Shown here: positions 26,688-36,298 of the stretch, piece after piece
Position numbering within the stretch: the first letter of the stretch is position 1
Layout: every line of letters begins with the position of its first letter
NCBI GenBank assembly: GCA_038204425.1
Contig: JBBRCZ010000013.1
Span: 1-64,000 of the forward strand
Length of the DNA: 64,000 nucleotides
DNA from: Spirochaetia bacterium
GTDB lineage: Bacteria; Spirochaetota; Spirochaetia; DSM-27196; Salinispiraceae
Direction of reading: 5' to 3'
The notes under the pieces: model-generated
What the model saw: the letters and a program-made list of their open reading frames with translations, nothing else
The model's database searches: none
Told to the model about the DNA's origin: nothing
Program-made: the position numbers and the translations under genes

Positions 26688-27647
26688 TCATATTTTTTTT
26701 TGCCTCTTCTCCTGAAACATGACGTTGTCAGCGTGAGCAAGCATTTCTTCCAAAGAGTCTGAAAAACTACTCGGGATTTCTATGGTGCCTGACGAAAATG
26801 ATAGGCGGTATTCCGCTTTAAAAGACAATTTGGTCAGTTGGAGTAAGTCATTTAGCCTTGTGGCGAAAACATTAAAACTCTCACTCGTTGTATTGCTTTG
26901 CCACAGTACAAACTCGTCTCCGCCAATTCTTCCGAATATATCAGTGTCGCGCTTGACTTGGTTTGCGCATTTTGAAAAGCAAATTAGTGCTTCGTCACCG
27001 GCAGCGTGGCCGTAGCTGTCGTTTACTCTCTTGAAGTCATTTAGATCAAAGTAAGAAAGACTCGATGTTTGATTCTGTCTTTTGCAGAAATCAAGCCCCA
27101 TTTCTGTGAGTTTAAAAAAACCACGCCGATTTGGTGTCTTGGTTAACTCATCCACAATCGCAAGCCTTATTGACGTAAGTTCAGCCTCTACCATCGCCGC
27201 CAAGTCTTTTAGTATCTCGTTTTCGCTATCGCTTAGCTTTCTAGGCGTGGTATCAATTATGCACAACGTGCCAACTTTCTCTCCATGGACTACCAACGGT
27301 TTGCCAGCGTAGAAACAAATGTTTGGGTCGCCCATGACCAAGGGATTGTCAAAAAAGCGGGGGTCCTTGCTAGCGTCTTGTACCACAAAGACATCGTCTT
27401 CTAGAATCGCATGGCCACAGAAAGAGATATCTCGCTCCGTTTCAGCTACTTCTAAGCCAACCTGCGACTTAAACCATTGTCGATTCTTGTCAATTATTGT
27501 AACAATGGAAATCGGAACCCTAAAGATATTGCTGGCAAGTCTAGTGATTCGATCAAACCTTTCTTCCTGCTCTGAATCAAGGATACCCAGATTTTTGACA
27601 AGATCCAGTCTTTTAACTTCATTTTTTGGGCACTTAGGCGCTTCCAT
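26688..27647 (-). CDS. GAF-GGDEF diguanylate cyclase
   Basis: GAF (FDRITRLA, RQWFKS, SFCGHAI, FYAGKPL), DELTKTPNRR, RDTD I-site, GGDEF. Confidence 0.95.
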   Translation of the reverse strand: MEAPKCPKNEVKRLDLVKNLGILDSEQEERFDRITRLASNIFRVPISIVTIIDKNRQWFKSQVGLEVAETERDISFCGHAILEDDVFVVQDASKDPRFFDNPLVMGDPNICFYAGKPLVVHGEKVGTLCIIDTTPRKLSDSENEILKDLAAMVEAELTSIRLAIVDELTKTPNRRGFFKLTEMGLDFCKRQNQTSSLSYFDLNDFKRVNDSYGHAAGDEALICFSKCANQVKRDTDIFGRIGGDEFVLWQSNTTSESFNVFATRLNDLLQLTKLSFKAEYRLSFSSGTIEIPSSFSDSLEEMLAHADNVMFQEKRQKKI

Positions 27648-28030
27648 TAATAATCCTGCCTTTTCCCTACTATAGTACTCTAATTGTCTTTTGGCAAAAG
27701 CTTGGTCACAGGACTTATAGGCACGCTCGCCATTTTTGCTCTAATAAAAAAGCCCACGGTGTCCGTGCTGACGAAAAAAAAAGCGTTAGGTTTAGATATT
27801 TCGCTTTACAACGAAAATGCCTATGCCATTTTGGATTTTTACCCAGCAACCTGAAAGTAGCTGCTCGAGTTCACAGATAATAGTATTTGCGAAGCACTTC
27901 TTGCGACGACTAAAAGTCATGGCGTCACTATTTTTGCGAAAGAAAAAAGAAAAGCTCATGGTCGCGAGGCAAAGCTGCAAACGGGGGACAGAGCTACCCT
28001 ATCAAATGAGCGCACCATACCTGATTGTTC

Positions 28031-28222
28031 TCAGTAGATCTTTTGCACCCGTCCAACCAAGCCGGACTGCAATCGAACCTTGATGCCATGCGGATGATTA
28101 GCAGAGTTAGTCAGAATGTCCTGTACGAAGCCATCAGTCAGTGTACCCGTGCGTTGGTCTTCTTTTAGGACGATTGCTACTTTGATACCTGGTTTTATCT
28201 CGGTTCTTTGGGTGCCTTGCAT
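28031..28222 (-). CDS. YwbE/DUF2196-family small protein
   Basis: IVLKEDQRTG...ILTNSANHPHGIKVRL..G.VGRV. Confidence 0.92.
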   Translation of the reverse strand: MQGTQRTEIKPGIKVAIVLKEDQRTGTLTDGFVQDILTNSANHPHGIKVRLQSGLVGRVQKIY

Positions 28223-28482
28223 GCGGAATAGTAGCATTTTTTTTGCTGTGGTGATAGCGATTTTTGCCAACATACCTGTCGCAAGAGCGGGTGACAAGTG
28301 ATGTAGATGTTGAGGTTTTGAATTTAACGCTCAAAAGCCGCACCCCAAGCCCATAGTAGCACCACAAAAATTAAAGATAGCAAAAAATTGCTGTCGTTCG
28401 CCTGCCCAAACTATCACTCTCGCTAGCGAATTGTTTCGAGAGTCAATGTACCGGTGTCACCAAAATACATGCCGACAGGTGC

Positions 28483-28740
28483 CTAAGCAGCGTAATTACT
28501 CAAGAGCATCAAGTGCAAGTAGTCAACCAAGTCTGGTGGAGTGGTGCCCTCAATCAAGTGTCCGTTTACAAAGATGCCACACTCTTCTTTGTCGAGCCCC
28601 AAGGCCAAACATCGAACTTCCATCGCCAACTGGCAGCGCAGACGAGCCGAGAGGCAAGAATCAATGCGCATTAGTTCTTCAATAGCATTGCCCGGAGTCT
28701 TGGTGCTGGTGACAATGGTAACGTCAATACAAGTTCTCAT
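28483..28740 (-). CDS. Hypothetical 85-aa protein
   Basis: GGGAGG SD before ATG 28740, preceded by an AT-rich tract. Contains a GIFVNG segment. Confidence 0.5.
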   Translation of the reverse strand: MRTCIDVTIVTSTKTPGNAIEELMRIDSCLSARLRCQLAMEVRCLALGLDKEECGIFVNGHLIEGTTPPDLVDYLHLMLLSNYAA

Positions 28741-28858
28741 GCTGGCCTCCCGATACATCTTGTGTCTATATAGATAATAATTAATCGATATAAAATAATC
28801 AATAATAAAATATCTAATAGGCCGTATTTCTTTTCTTTTTTCTGTTTCTGCTGAAGAC

Positions 28859-28888
28859 AAAAAAGGCCGCCCAGGTACCTGGGCGGCC
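28859..28888 (-). terminator. Intrinsic terminator of the large lipoprotein gene
   Basis: Perfect 24-bp palindrome GGCCGCCCAGGTACCTGGGCGGCC followed by U6 on the minus strand, 30 nt after the stop. Confidence 0.9.
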
Positions 28889-28917
28889 ACAGAAGACTGA
28901 TCTTTGTCAGTGATTAT

Positions 28918-31900
28918 TTAGGGTAACAAAAACTGGAACTTAAATCGGTCATTGCTGCTAGAAAAATCGTCAGTAGTAATCGGGTTGCCGTCGAAGCCAT
29001 CTTGACTCTTCCAGTAGCGGTTAGGATAGAGTTTGAGTGCAAGATAGTAGTAGCCGCCACCAGCTGGTGTCAGTACAAATAGCTCGTCATCACCATTGTC
29101 AACCACTTCGGTCTTGACGTTGTCGTATTGTCCTGCCCGTAGGGCGTGGCCGGTCGCTTGACTTACAAACTTGTAGTAGCTGCCTACTTGGGTCAAGACC
29201 CACTTTTGGTTGGATGCACCGGTGTAGCTTGCATTATAAACCGATGAACCGGCATAGCTGTCGTTTTGTTGAACTTTGCCTGAGTACTTGTTTACGATTC
29301 GATATGTTCCTGCTGTTACAACCCCAGCAACTGTTGTCGATGTGGTACTGGAAGTGCTTGTAGTACTCGAGGTGCTGGAGGTGCTGGAGGTGCTGGAGGT
29401 GCTGGTGCTTGCTAATGTGGTTGAGCTGGTCGAGCTGCTTGTGCTAGTAGTGGAAATTATTGTCGTGCTAGTTGTTCCACCTGATGGGCCGGTAAATCTA
29501 AAGTAGTCAAAGTTTCCAACCCCATCACCACCCTTAAAGACGACAAAGAGATTGTGGACTCCCGACACGGGGCCAAAACTCGTGGCGTAGCTTTGGTAGT
29601 TGTTCCATCCACCAGTGTTTACTTGGGTGTAGGCCTTTACCAGTGTTCCTGTTGTACTGCCTAAGCGGAACTCCACGGTTCTGCCGGTGCTTCCCGACGC
29701 GTAGCGCAAGGTGACACTATTGTAGTTGTTGCTACCAAAGTTGACGTTGTCAAATCTAACCCAGTCGTTGTTGTCCACGTAGGCAATAAAACCGTTGCCT
29801 ACCGTAATTCCTTGCGATGCATGTGCGCTTTCTGCTTCCAATTGCAAGGTAGTTCCAGCTGCTATGGTGGTGCTAGTTGTTGAGCTTGAGCTTGTTGAGC
29901 TGGATGATGTTGAGCTTGTAGACTGGATGCTAGTACTGGTTCCTTGCAAGGTTGAGCTGGTGCTGCCTTGTACACTGGTGCTAGTGCTGCTGACCGTGGT
30001 GCTGGTCGTGCCGCCACTTGGAGGAGCAACTATTAGGTCGTCAATCCAAACAGTGCCGCCGCTTGCACTACCGAGTACTGCAAGTTGGATGCCGTAGTTT
30101 CCGGGTGCAAGATTGCTGTTGTCAGCAAGTGGTAGGGTGAGGCTTATGGTAGCAAAGGTTGCTGTGTTTCCGTCAACGGCTGCTGCTGGCCAGGCCAGGT
30201 TGTTGGGGCCGTAGGTGGCTTGTACCGACGCTGCTTCCACTCCACCTGAAGTATTGGGTGGTGGCAATATTGGTTTGAGAATAAAGACTATCGTATTGTT
30301 GGCACTTGCTGCTCTCACTTTAAAGCTAACCGTGGCACTGGATACGCCAGCTCCAAGTCCTCTGTCAAGCAAGGGGCCTGCCCAGATGCCGCCACTTCCC
30401 GGTGTAGCAATTTTGAATGCCTTGCTTCCCGAAACGCCTTCTTGAGGAAAATCAACGCTCGCACCACCATAAGTGCCATTGTTGTTACCAAATGTTGCAC
30501 TATCTAGGCTGCTGTTGTTGTTAAAATTAAGTGTAAAAGCAACAAAGGTTACAACCGTTGTGCCGCCTCTAACCCTAATAGCGTCTGGTGCAGGAAAAAT
30601 ACCGTCATAGTCGCGAAACCCAATAGTGGTCCCGTTGCCAACATTCAGACCCTTGCCAACTACAAAACTGGAGGAAGAGTTTGGTTCGTAAAAACTGTCC
30701 CAACCTTCGCCACGGAAGTGTAGTCCAGGGTTGGCATCGTAATTGTTAGACAGACTTGCTCCGCTTAGGTTGCTAGTCCAAGGCAGAGTGTTGGTGGCAA
30801 GGTTTTCGCCATAGAAATCTGCGTTATATTTGACGTTGTTGCTTATCGTAACATTGCTGGCTGAGCCAGTTCCCTTGCTGATAACTGCCGTTGCGCTTGA
30901 ACGCATCAGGAAGACGTTGTTCTGTATGGCAATGTTGGACACATTGGCACCAGACGAAATCTGACTAAGTTGAATAGCATTGTTAAACCCAGCAAAGATG
31001 TTGTTCTGGATCTTTATGCTATCATTGCCGCGTGCAACCAAGACGGCCGCGCCATTAGCGCCACCAAAATCGGTGTGGGCAAACTGATTCTCAAATACGT
31101 TTTTACGTACGGTGATTTTCTTTACATCGTAGATCCACATGGCCACGCCAAAGCCCTTGTCTTTAAAGTAGCTGTTGTAAATATCCACACCATTGGTAGC
31201 TACTTCAACCGCTTCCTTGGAGCTTACGCCATCAAGGTCAACCATCTTAATATTGTAAACCTTTAAGTTTTCACCGGCCACTGCTGGGCTAGTTGTAAAG
31301 CCTGGTTGGTCGACGAGAGAAAGCCAGGTATTACAGTCGATGTTATAGAGTTGGTTTCCTGGCCCAATATTCCACAGTTCTACCGAAATGTCTTCGCCCC
31401 ACTGAGCGTCGTTTTCGTTAACTCGGATATAGCAGTCGTAAATTTTGGTATTCTTAAAGTTTCCTGATACGGTAAATTTAATTCCATAACCATAAATGTC
31501 ATTGATGGTGATATCATAAATTTCCGCACCATCAAGGCGACCTATGTTGAGGTTACCAGAAGACCACGATCCGGGGCCTGCTATGTCGTCTTTACCGCTG
31601 TTGGTAAAGTCACAGTCAAAAATCTTGATACCGGTTGCGTAGTTGGAACTGGCAAAAACACGCGCTCCAGAATCGGCATTGTTGAGAAAGTGTATGTTGC
31701 TAATCGAAACATTGTTTCTGGTATTCGATACTATTCCGTTAAAGGTTTTGTTCTTGCCGTCAATTGTAAACCCAGAAACGGTTTGCACAGCACTGTTGCT
31801 TGCTGGTGAAAGTCTGATAAGGTAGCTAGAGTCGTTCTCTGGCCCCTGAGAACTAAGGTTGTTGGAAGTCAAGACCGTACTTGCCTTGCCGGCACCAATC

Positions 31901-32199
31901 AAGTTGATAGCGGCTGGAAGCATAATCTGGTTCTCAACAAAAGTACCAGCGCCAACATTGACGGTGTTTCCGGCGACTGCTACGGTTAAGGCCTTGCCGA
32001 TGCTACGGAAAGGTAGAACAAAACTACCGTTGCCGCTAGAATCGCTTCCGCTGGCCGTGACATAAACGTGGCCCGGAATTGCTGCTCGTGCTGCACTTAC
32101 GCCTCCACTACTATCAAGCGGTGCGTTGTCTAGACTACATGCTGCCAAAAAGGCAAACATGGCCACGACAAGACACAAAGGGATCAAATACTTTTTCAT
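28918..32199 (-). CDS. Multidomain surface lipoprotein: parallel beta-helix, CBM-like domain, Ser/Thr linker, CBM6, Ser/Thr linker, ricin-B lectin
   Basis: MKK...FLAAC lipobox. YVTASGSDSSGNGS..PFRSIGKAL...V.VGAGTF beta-helix start with N-rich repeats. LEAES...DWVRFDNVNFG...TGGWNNY...GVHNLFVVFKG (CBM6). GTYRIVNKYSGK...NQKW (ricin). Confidence 0.88.
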   Translation of the reverse strand: MKKYLIPLCLVVAMFAFLAACSLDNAPLDSSGGVSAARAAIPGHVYVTASGSDSSGNGSFVLPFRSIGKALTVAVAGNTVNVGAGTFVENQIMLPAAINLIGAGKASTVLTSNNLSSQGPENDSSYLIRLSPASNSAVQTVSGFTIDGKNKTFNGIVSNTRNNVSISNIHFLNNADSGARVFASSNYATGIKIFDCDFTNSGKDDIAGPGSWSSGNLNIGRLDGAEIYDITINDIYGYGIKFTVSGNFKNTKIYDCYIRVNENDAQWGEDISVELWNIGPGNQLYNIDCNTWLSLVDQPGFTTSPAVAGENLKVYNIKMVDLDGVSSKEAVEVATNGVDIYNSYFKDKGFGVAMWIYDVKKITVRKNVFENQFAHTDFGGANGAAVLVARGNDSIKIQNNIFAGFNNAIQLSQISSGANVSNIAIQNNVFLMRSSATAVISKGTGSASNVTISNNVKYNADFYGENLATNTLPWTSNLSGASLSNNYDANPGLHFRGEGWDSFYEPNSSSSFVVGKGLNVGNGTTIGFRDYDGIFPAPDAIRVRGGTTVVTFVAFTLNFNNNSSLDSATFGNNNGTYGGASVDFPQEGVSGSKAFKIATPGSGGIWAGPLLDRGLGAGVSSATVSFKVRAASANNTIVFILKPILPPPNTSGGVEAASVQATYGPNNLAWPAAAVDGNTATFATISLTLPLADNSNLAPGNYGIQLAVLGSASGGTVWIDDLIVAPPSGGTTSTTVSSTSTSVQGSTSSTLQGTSTSIQSTSSTSSSSTSSSSTTSTTIAAGTTLQLEAESAHASQGITVGNGFIAYVDNNDWVRFDNVNFGSNNYNSVTLRYASGSTGRTVEFRLGSTTGTLVKAYTQVNTGGWNNYQSYATSFGPVSGVHNLFVVFKGGDGVGNFDYFRFTGPSGGTTSTTIISTTSTSSSTSSTTLASTSTSSTSSTSSTSSTTSTSSTTSTTVAGVVTAGTYRIVNKYSGKVQQNDSYAGSSVYNASYTGASNQKWVLTQVGSYYKFVSQATGHALRAGQYDNVKTEVVDNGDDELFVLTPAGGGYYYLALKLYPNRYWKSQDGFDGNPITTDDFSSSNDRFKFQFLLP
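29369..29404. repeat. 4 x GAGGTGCTG coding microsatellite in the Ser/Thr linker
   Basis: Exact 9-bp repeats encoding (STS)n on the minus strand. Confidence 0.85.
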
Positions 32200-32385
32200 T
32201 GATCGGCTCCTATAAAGGGATAGAAGGCTGGTTAAAGTAGCCTTAGGTATCCTTTCTATTACGAAGCCACTTTTGATTGTCGTGAATGGACAATCAGAGA
32301 AAAAGCATGGATATTCTGTTTGGCAAAAACACCTTTAGCTTGTCTAAAGTGCTAAGCCCTGCGATACTCGCTGCACAGGACGGCA

Positions 32386-33063
32386 TTGATGGCGCTTTCG
32401 GTTTTATATGAAGACGAATCTTTTGTGGCTATCAACAAAGCTGCCAATGTTTTGGTGATCCCTGCCCCAGGCCAAACAAGCCCAACACTTACTGACTTGC
32501 TCAGAGCTCACTATATTTACCAAGAAAGAAAAAGTGCCGGACAGCCGCCGGAGCCTGTAAGTCCGCTTGCCCATCCATGTCATCGCTTAGATCGCGAGAC
32601 TAGCGGCGCCATCCTGTTTGCCAAAGGCAAGGCGGCACAAAAGGCCGCTATGGACTTGTTCTTTAAGCATGAGGTAGAAAAAGTCTACCTTGGCGTAGTC
32701 AATGGTCTGGTTGGACCACGGCAAGGTGTAATCAACAGTCCAATCGAAGCTAAGACCGCCCAAACACACTATAAAGTTTTGCACCGCGCCAGTGGAGTGT
32801 CGGTTATGATGTTTAGAATTATGACAGGTCGAACCAATCAAATTCGAATCCACTGCGCTGCGATGGGCCATGCGCTTTTGGGCGACACTCGTTTTGGGCG
32901 CCGAGCAGAATTTGCACTTGGTTTTGAGCGTTGTGCCTTGCACTCCTTGAGGCTCGGCTTTAAGCAGCCCTTTACTCATTCTGCCGTACGCATCTTTGCG
33001 CCGCTCAGTGATGACCTGCATTTGTTGCTTGCTTCTCTTGGCTTGAACGCGCCGGTTGAGTAA
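32386..33063 (+). CDS. RluA-family pseudouridine synthase
   Basis: LYEDE..VAINK, HRLDRETSG, TGRTNQIRIH, GD, LHS. Confidence 0.93.
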   Translation: MMALSVLYEDESFVAINKAANVLVIPAPGQTSPTLTDLLRAHYIYQERKSAGQPPEPVSPLAHPCHRLDRETSGAILFAKGKAAQKAAMDLFFKHEVEKVYLGVVNGLVGPRQGVINSPIEAKTAQTHYKVLHRASGVSVMMFRIMTGRTNQIRIHCAAMGHALLGDTRFGRRAEFALGFERCALHSLRLGFKQPFTHSAVRIFAPLSDDLHLLLASLGLNAPVE

Positions 33064-33119
33064 GCAATTTTTGAACTAAAAAGCTTGTAGCGCGGGCAAA
33101 AATACGGCACTATGCTGTC

Positions 33120-34262
33120 ATGAAAATGAGTCTTCCTGGTTTTAGACTTGGCCTAATTGGTGGCGGTCAATTGGGGCGCATGATGGCTATTGAGGCGAGA
33201 CGCCTTGGAGTGCATACCACGGTCTTGGACCCCGCTGCCAATCCACCGGCTGCCGGTATTGCGGATGTGCATATTAGAGGCAGTCTTTACGACCATGCTG
33301 CATTGGATAAGCTTGCAGCGAGCGTCGATGTCGTCAGTTTTGAAATAGAACACACCGACGCCGACTACCTTGCAACACTAGAACAAGGTGGCAAAAAGAT
33401 ATTTCCCAAGCCAGCAACGTTGCTGACTATTCAGGACAAACTGCTCCAAAAACAATTTCTTGCCAAGCACGATTTGCCGGTGCCTTCTTTTAGAGCTTTA
33501 GCTCGCTCAGAAATTAAAAATTTTACAAGCGAAGTTTACCCCGTTGTGCACAAAGCTCGCGCCGGAGGCTACGATGGCAAGGGTGTGAGCGTTATTCGTA
33601 GCTGCGACAACCATGACCAGCTCTTAGATGTCGATGGCATGATAGAAGAATACATTGACCTTAAGCTAGAACTGGCTGTTCTTTTGGCCCGGGGTACGGC
33701 CGGCCAAATTTCTGTCTGGCCATTAATTGAGATGGTTTTTGACGAGCGTACACAAATTTGCAGTAGAGTTTGCGCTCCGGCGCGAGTTAGTGAAGCCATT
33801 GCAAAACAGGCAGTGCAAATGTCGGTCGCTGCAATAGAAGCCCTGGACGGGGTAGGAGTTTTTGCAGTCGAACTTTTTATTACCCAGGATGATCGAGTCT
33901 TGATCAACGAAATTGCTCCTCGCCCACACAATAGCGGACACTGGACCATCGAGGGTGCGGTTTGCAATCAGTTTGAACAACACGTCAGGGCAGTTTGCGG
34001 TTTTCCCTTGGGTGACGCACGTCTGCTAAGACCTTCAGTTATGGTCAACCTCTTGGGTGCCGAAGGTGCCCAAGGAAGCCCAATCATGGTCGGTGCCGAC
34101 CAACTTTTGGCAATCCCAGGCTTGCGCTTGCATTGGTACCAAAAAGAAACCGTTGCACCAATGCGAAAGATGGGACACTTTACTATTACTCACGACGATT
34201 TGGAAAAAGCACTGGTACTTGCGCGTAAAGCCGAATATCTTGTAAGTATAGAAGCACGTTAG
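33120..34262 (+). CDS. purK: N5-carboxyaminoimidazole ribonucleotide synthase
   Basis: GGGQLGRM, GGYDGKG, NEIAPRPHNSGH, QFEQH, RKMGH. Confidence 0.97.
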   Translation: MKMSLPGFRLGLIGGGQLGRMMAIEARRLGVHTTVLDPAANPPAAGIADVHIRGSLYDHAALDKLAASVDVVSFEIEHTDADYLATLEQGGKKIFPKPATLLTIQDKLLQKQFLAKHDLPVPSFRALARSEIKNFTSEVYPVVHKARAGGYDGKGVSVIRSCDNHDQLLDVDGMIEEYIDLKLELAVLLARGTAGQISVWPLIEMVFDERTQICSRVCAPARVSEAIAKQAVQMSVAAIEALDGVGVFAVELFITQDDRVLINEIAPRPHNSGHWTIEGAVCNQFEQHVRAVCGFPLGDARLLRPSVMVNLLGAEGAQGSPIMVGADQLLAIPGLRLHWYQKETVAPMRKMGHFTITHDDLEKALVLARKAEYLVSIEAR

Positions 34263-34289
34263 AGATTTGATAGCGCCAAGGAGACCACG

Positions 34290-34901
34290 ATGGAGAAAAA
34301 TCTTACGCATCCGCAAGATCCGCAGTCAAACAACAGTCAGAACGAACATGAGAGCTCGCTTTTAGGCGTTTCGTTAGTTGGCATCATCATGGGCAGTGAC
34401 TCTGACTTGGTGGTAATGTCCGAGGCCGCCAAGATTCTCGACAAACTACAAATCCCCTATGAGCTGACGGTCATCTCAGCACATCGTACACCACTACGCA
34501 TGGTGGATTACGCAAAAAGTGCGCACCTGCGTGGGATTCGCGTGATTATTGCCGGAGCTGGCGGCGCCGCCCACCTGCCTGGCATGGTTGCCAGTCTAAG
34601 TCCCTTACCAGTCTTGGGTGTTCCCATTAAAGGGCGGAGTCTAGATGGTTTAGACAGTCTTTTGTCCATCGTTCAAATGCCAGCCGGGATCCCCGTTGCG
34701 ACACTTGGCATTGGTCAAGCAGCCAACGCTGGTCTCTTAGCAGCCCGTATTTTGGCTACCAGTGATGGCCAAATCCTTAGTCGCATCCAAGAATACCAAG
34801 CCGAACTTGAGGTTATGGTTTTGGCCAAGGCAAATAGACTAGAAAGTGACGGGTGGCAGTTTTATCTCAATTCTATGGGCGACGCCGCACGCAGCCAATA
34901 G
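34290..34901 (+). CDS. purE: N5-CAIR mutase
   Basis: [37 protein letters not shown]. Confidence 0.97.
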   Translation: MEKNLTHPQDPQSNNSQNEHESSLLGVSLVGIIMGSDSDLVVMSEAAKILDKLQIPYELTVISAHRTPLRMVDYAKSAHLRGIRVIIAGAGGAAHLPGMVASLSPLPVLGVPIKGRSLDGLDSLLSIVQMPAGIPVATLGIGQAANAGLLAARILATSDGQILSRIQEYQAELEVMVLAKANRLESDGWQFYLNSMGDAARSQ

Positions 34902-34941
34902 AGGTTCTTGCAAAAGTCCCTCGTGAAACTGCGCCTGCGAT

Positions 34942-35718
34942 CTAAAACCAGTTTTCTGAATGGACACTTGAAACTGGCAAGCCGTGCATGAGTAGCTTCT
35001 CACGCACGGTGGCAATCATGGCGCTTGAGCCGCAAAGCATAACTCTATCGTTTGCCCGGACTTCTTCTAGACCTGGCCATACGGTTAAGCGACCAAGAAA
35101 TAGTTGTTGCAAAAGCACAGGGTTAAGATCGACAGCGCTTTGCACCTCAAGAGTCGCATCGGGAGCGCTCAGGCAGATAAGCACTTCCATACCAAATTCT
35201 AGATGAGCTTTGAGTATAAGTGGCAAGAAACACAGCTCGTCCAAGCGCCTGACGCCATAAACCAAGACACGCTTTGCAAGCCAATCCTTCTTATCTTTGA
35301 TGGCATGGCGAATGTTTGAGATAAAAGGTGCCACGCCACTTCCGTTGGCAATCCACCAGGTTTTGCCGCTTGGCACTTTGTCTGCTTGCTGACTGTCAAG
35401 CAAAGCAGCATCAATAAAGCTACCGCGAATGTCATGGATGCGGACTGAATCGCCAGGTTTTAGTTGCCACAAATAAGGGCTGAGCTGGCCTTGGTCAACG
35501 CGGTTGTAGAGAACTTCCATGTTAGATTGTGGCTCGGAGCAGATGCTGTAAAGACGCGCACTCAAACTTGCTGCTGATAACGAGGCAAGTTGCCCACTGA
35601 TAAAGCTCGGTTGGTGATCCACGCACAGCAGTCGGCTCGATAGCGAAATGTTTTGATTGCTAAGAACTCGTAAGTGTTGCGGATAGACAATTTTCTGGGC
35701 ACTGTGCTTACTCGTCAT
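34942..35718 (-). CDS. Ferredoxin-NADP+ reductase-like flavoprotein
   Basis: RLYSI FAD motif, GQLS, ANGSGVAPF, YGVR, LCGS, C-terminal ENWF. Confidence 0.85.
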   Translation of the reverse strand: MTSKHSAQKIVYPQHLRVLSNQNISLSSRLLCVDHQPSFISGQLASLSAASLSARLYSICSEPQSNMEVLYNRVDQGQLSPYLWQLKPGDSVRIHDIRGSFIDAALLDSQQADKVPSGKTWWIANGSGVAPFISNIRHAIKDKKDWLAKRVLVYGVRRLDELCFLPLILKAHLEFGMEVLICLSAPDATLEVQSAVDLNPVLLQQLFLGRLTVWPGLEEVRANDRVMLCGSSAMIATVREKLLMHGLPVSSVHSENWF

Positions 35719-35722
35719 GGTA

Positions 35723-36298
35723 TCACGTCACACATTCATACATACGCAAAATCGACCGGCCATACTCTCGTTGGTCGTAGAGATTTAAACCACTTATCGA
35801 TAGCTCTTGCTCACTCTGGGTGGGTACCGCTCGTTGGACCGTGTTTGCTATTTCATCTTCGGCAGGAAAATGCATAAAGATTTTGCTGTTTATGGTGATC
35901 AGACGACTGGCCAACAAGAGCTTTAAAAGTTCTTCTTTAAAAGGGTAGTCAAAGGGTGGATCCAAAAAAATTAGATCAAAACTTTGTCGCCAACTGGTCA
36001 CAAAGCGTTCTACGGGCATAATTGAAAGATCAATCCGTCGCTCGGCCATGCTCAGATTTTCCAGTATAACCCGGCGCTTGCCATTGTCTTTTTCTACGCA
36101 TCGCACCGGATAGGCGCCGCGTGACCAAGCTTCAAGCGCCATAGTTCCTGAGCCGCTAAAGCAATCAAGAAAACTCAAACCACCCAGCTCGCCCAAAATG
36201 GAAAAAAAACTCTCGCGCATGCGATCCATTGCCGGCCTGATAACGCCGGGTGGGCAGGTGATTATGCGACCACGTAGGCTGCCGCCTGTTATTCTCAT
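35723..36298 (-). CDS. rsmD: 16S rRNA m2G966 methyltransferase
   Basis: MRITGG, IRPAMDRMRESFF, LDCFSGSG, FLDPPF. Confidence 0.93.
   Translation of the reverse strand: MRITGGSLRGRIITCPPGVIRPAMDRMRESFFSILGELGGLSFLDCFSGSGTMALEAWSRGAYPVRCVEKDNGKRRVILENLSMAERRIDLSIMPVERFVTSWRQSFDLIFLDPPFDYPFKEELLKLLLASRLITINSKIFMHFPAEDEIANTVQRAVPTQSEQELSISGLNLYDQREYGRSILRMYECVT

Noticed and set aside
27965..28000. GGCAAA...GGAC resemblance to a c-di-GMP-I riboswitch near a GGDEF gene
   Set aside because: No GNRA-capped stem or GCAAA/P2 match, and it points away from the DGC toward a convergent gene end.
27700..28030. Short ORFs between the DGC and ywbE
   Set aside because: No recognisable motifs, SD or consistent frame. 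Possibly decayed sequence but not supportable.
29276..30097. Val/Leu/Glu-rich plus-strand ORFs (VLEVLEVLE...)
   Set aside because: These are antisense shadows of the Ser/Thr linkers of the lipoprotein.
32214..32255. Hairpin upstream of the lipoprotein SD as a riboswitch
   Set aside because: It is a single imperfect stem with no recognisable aptamer or alternative fold. At most a stabilising 5' hairpin.
33120..34901. purK preceding purE as a novelty
   Set aside because: Both gene orders occur in bacteria and both genes look ordinary.
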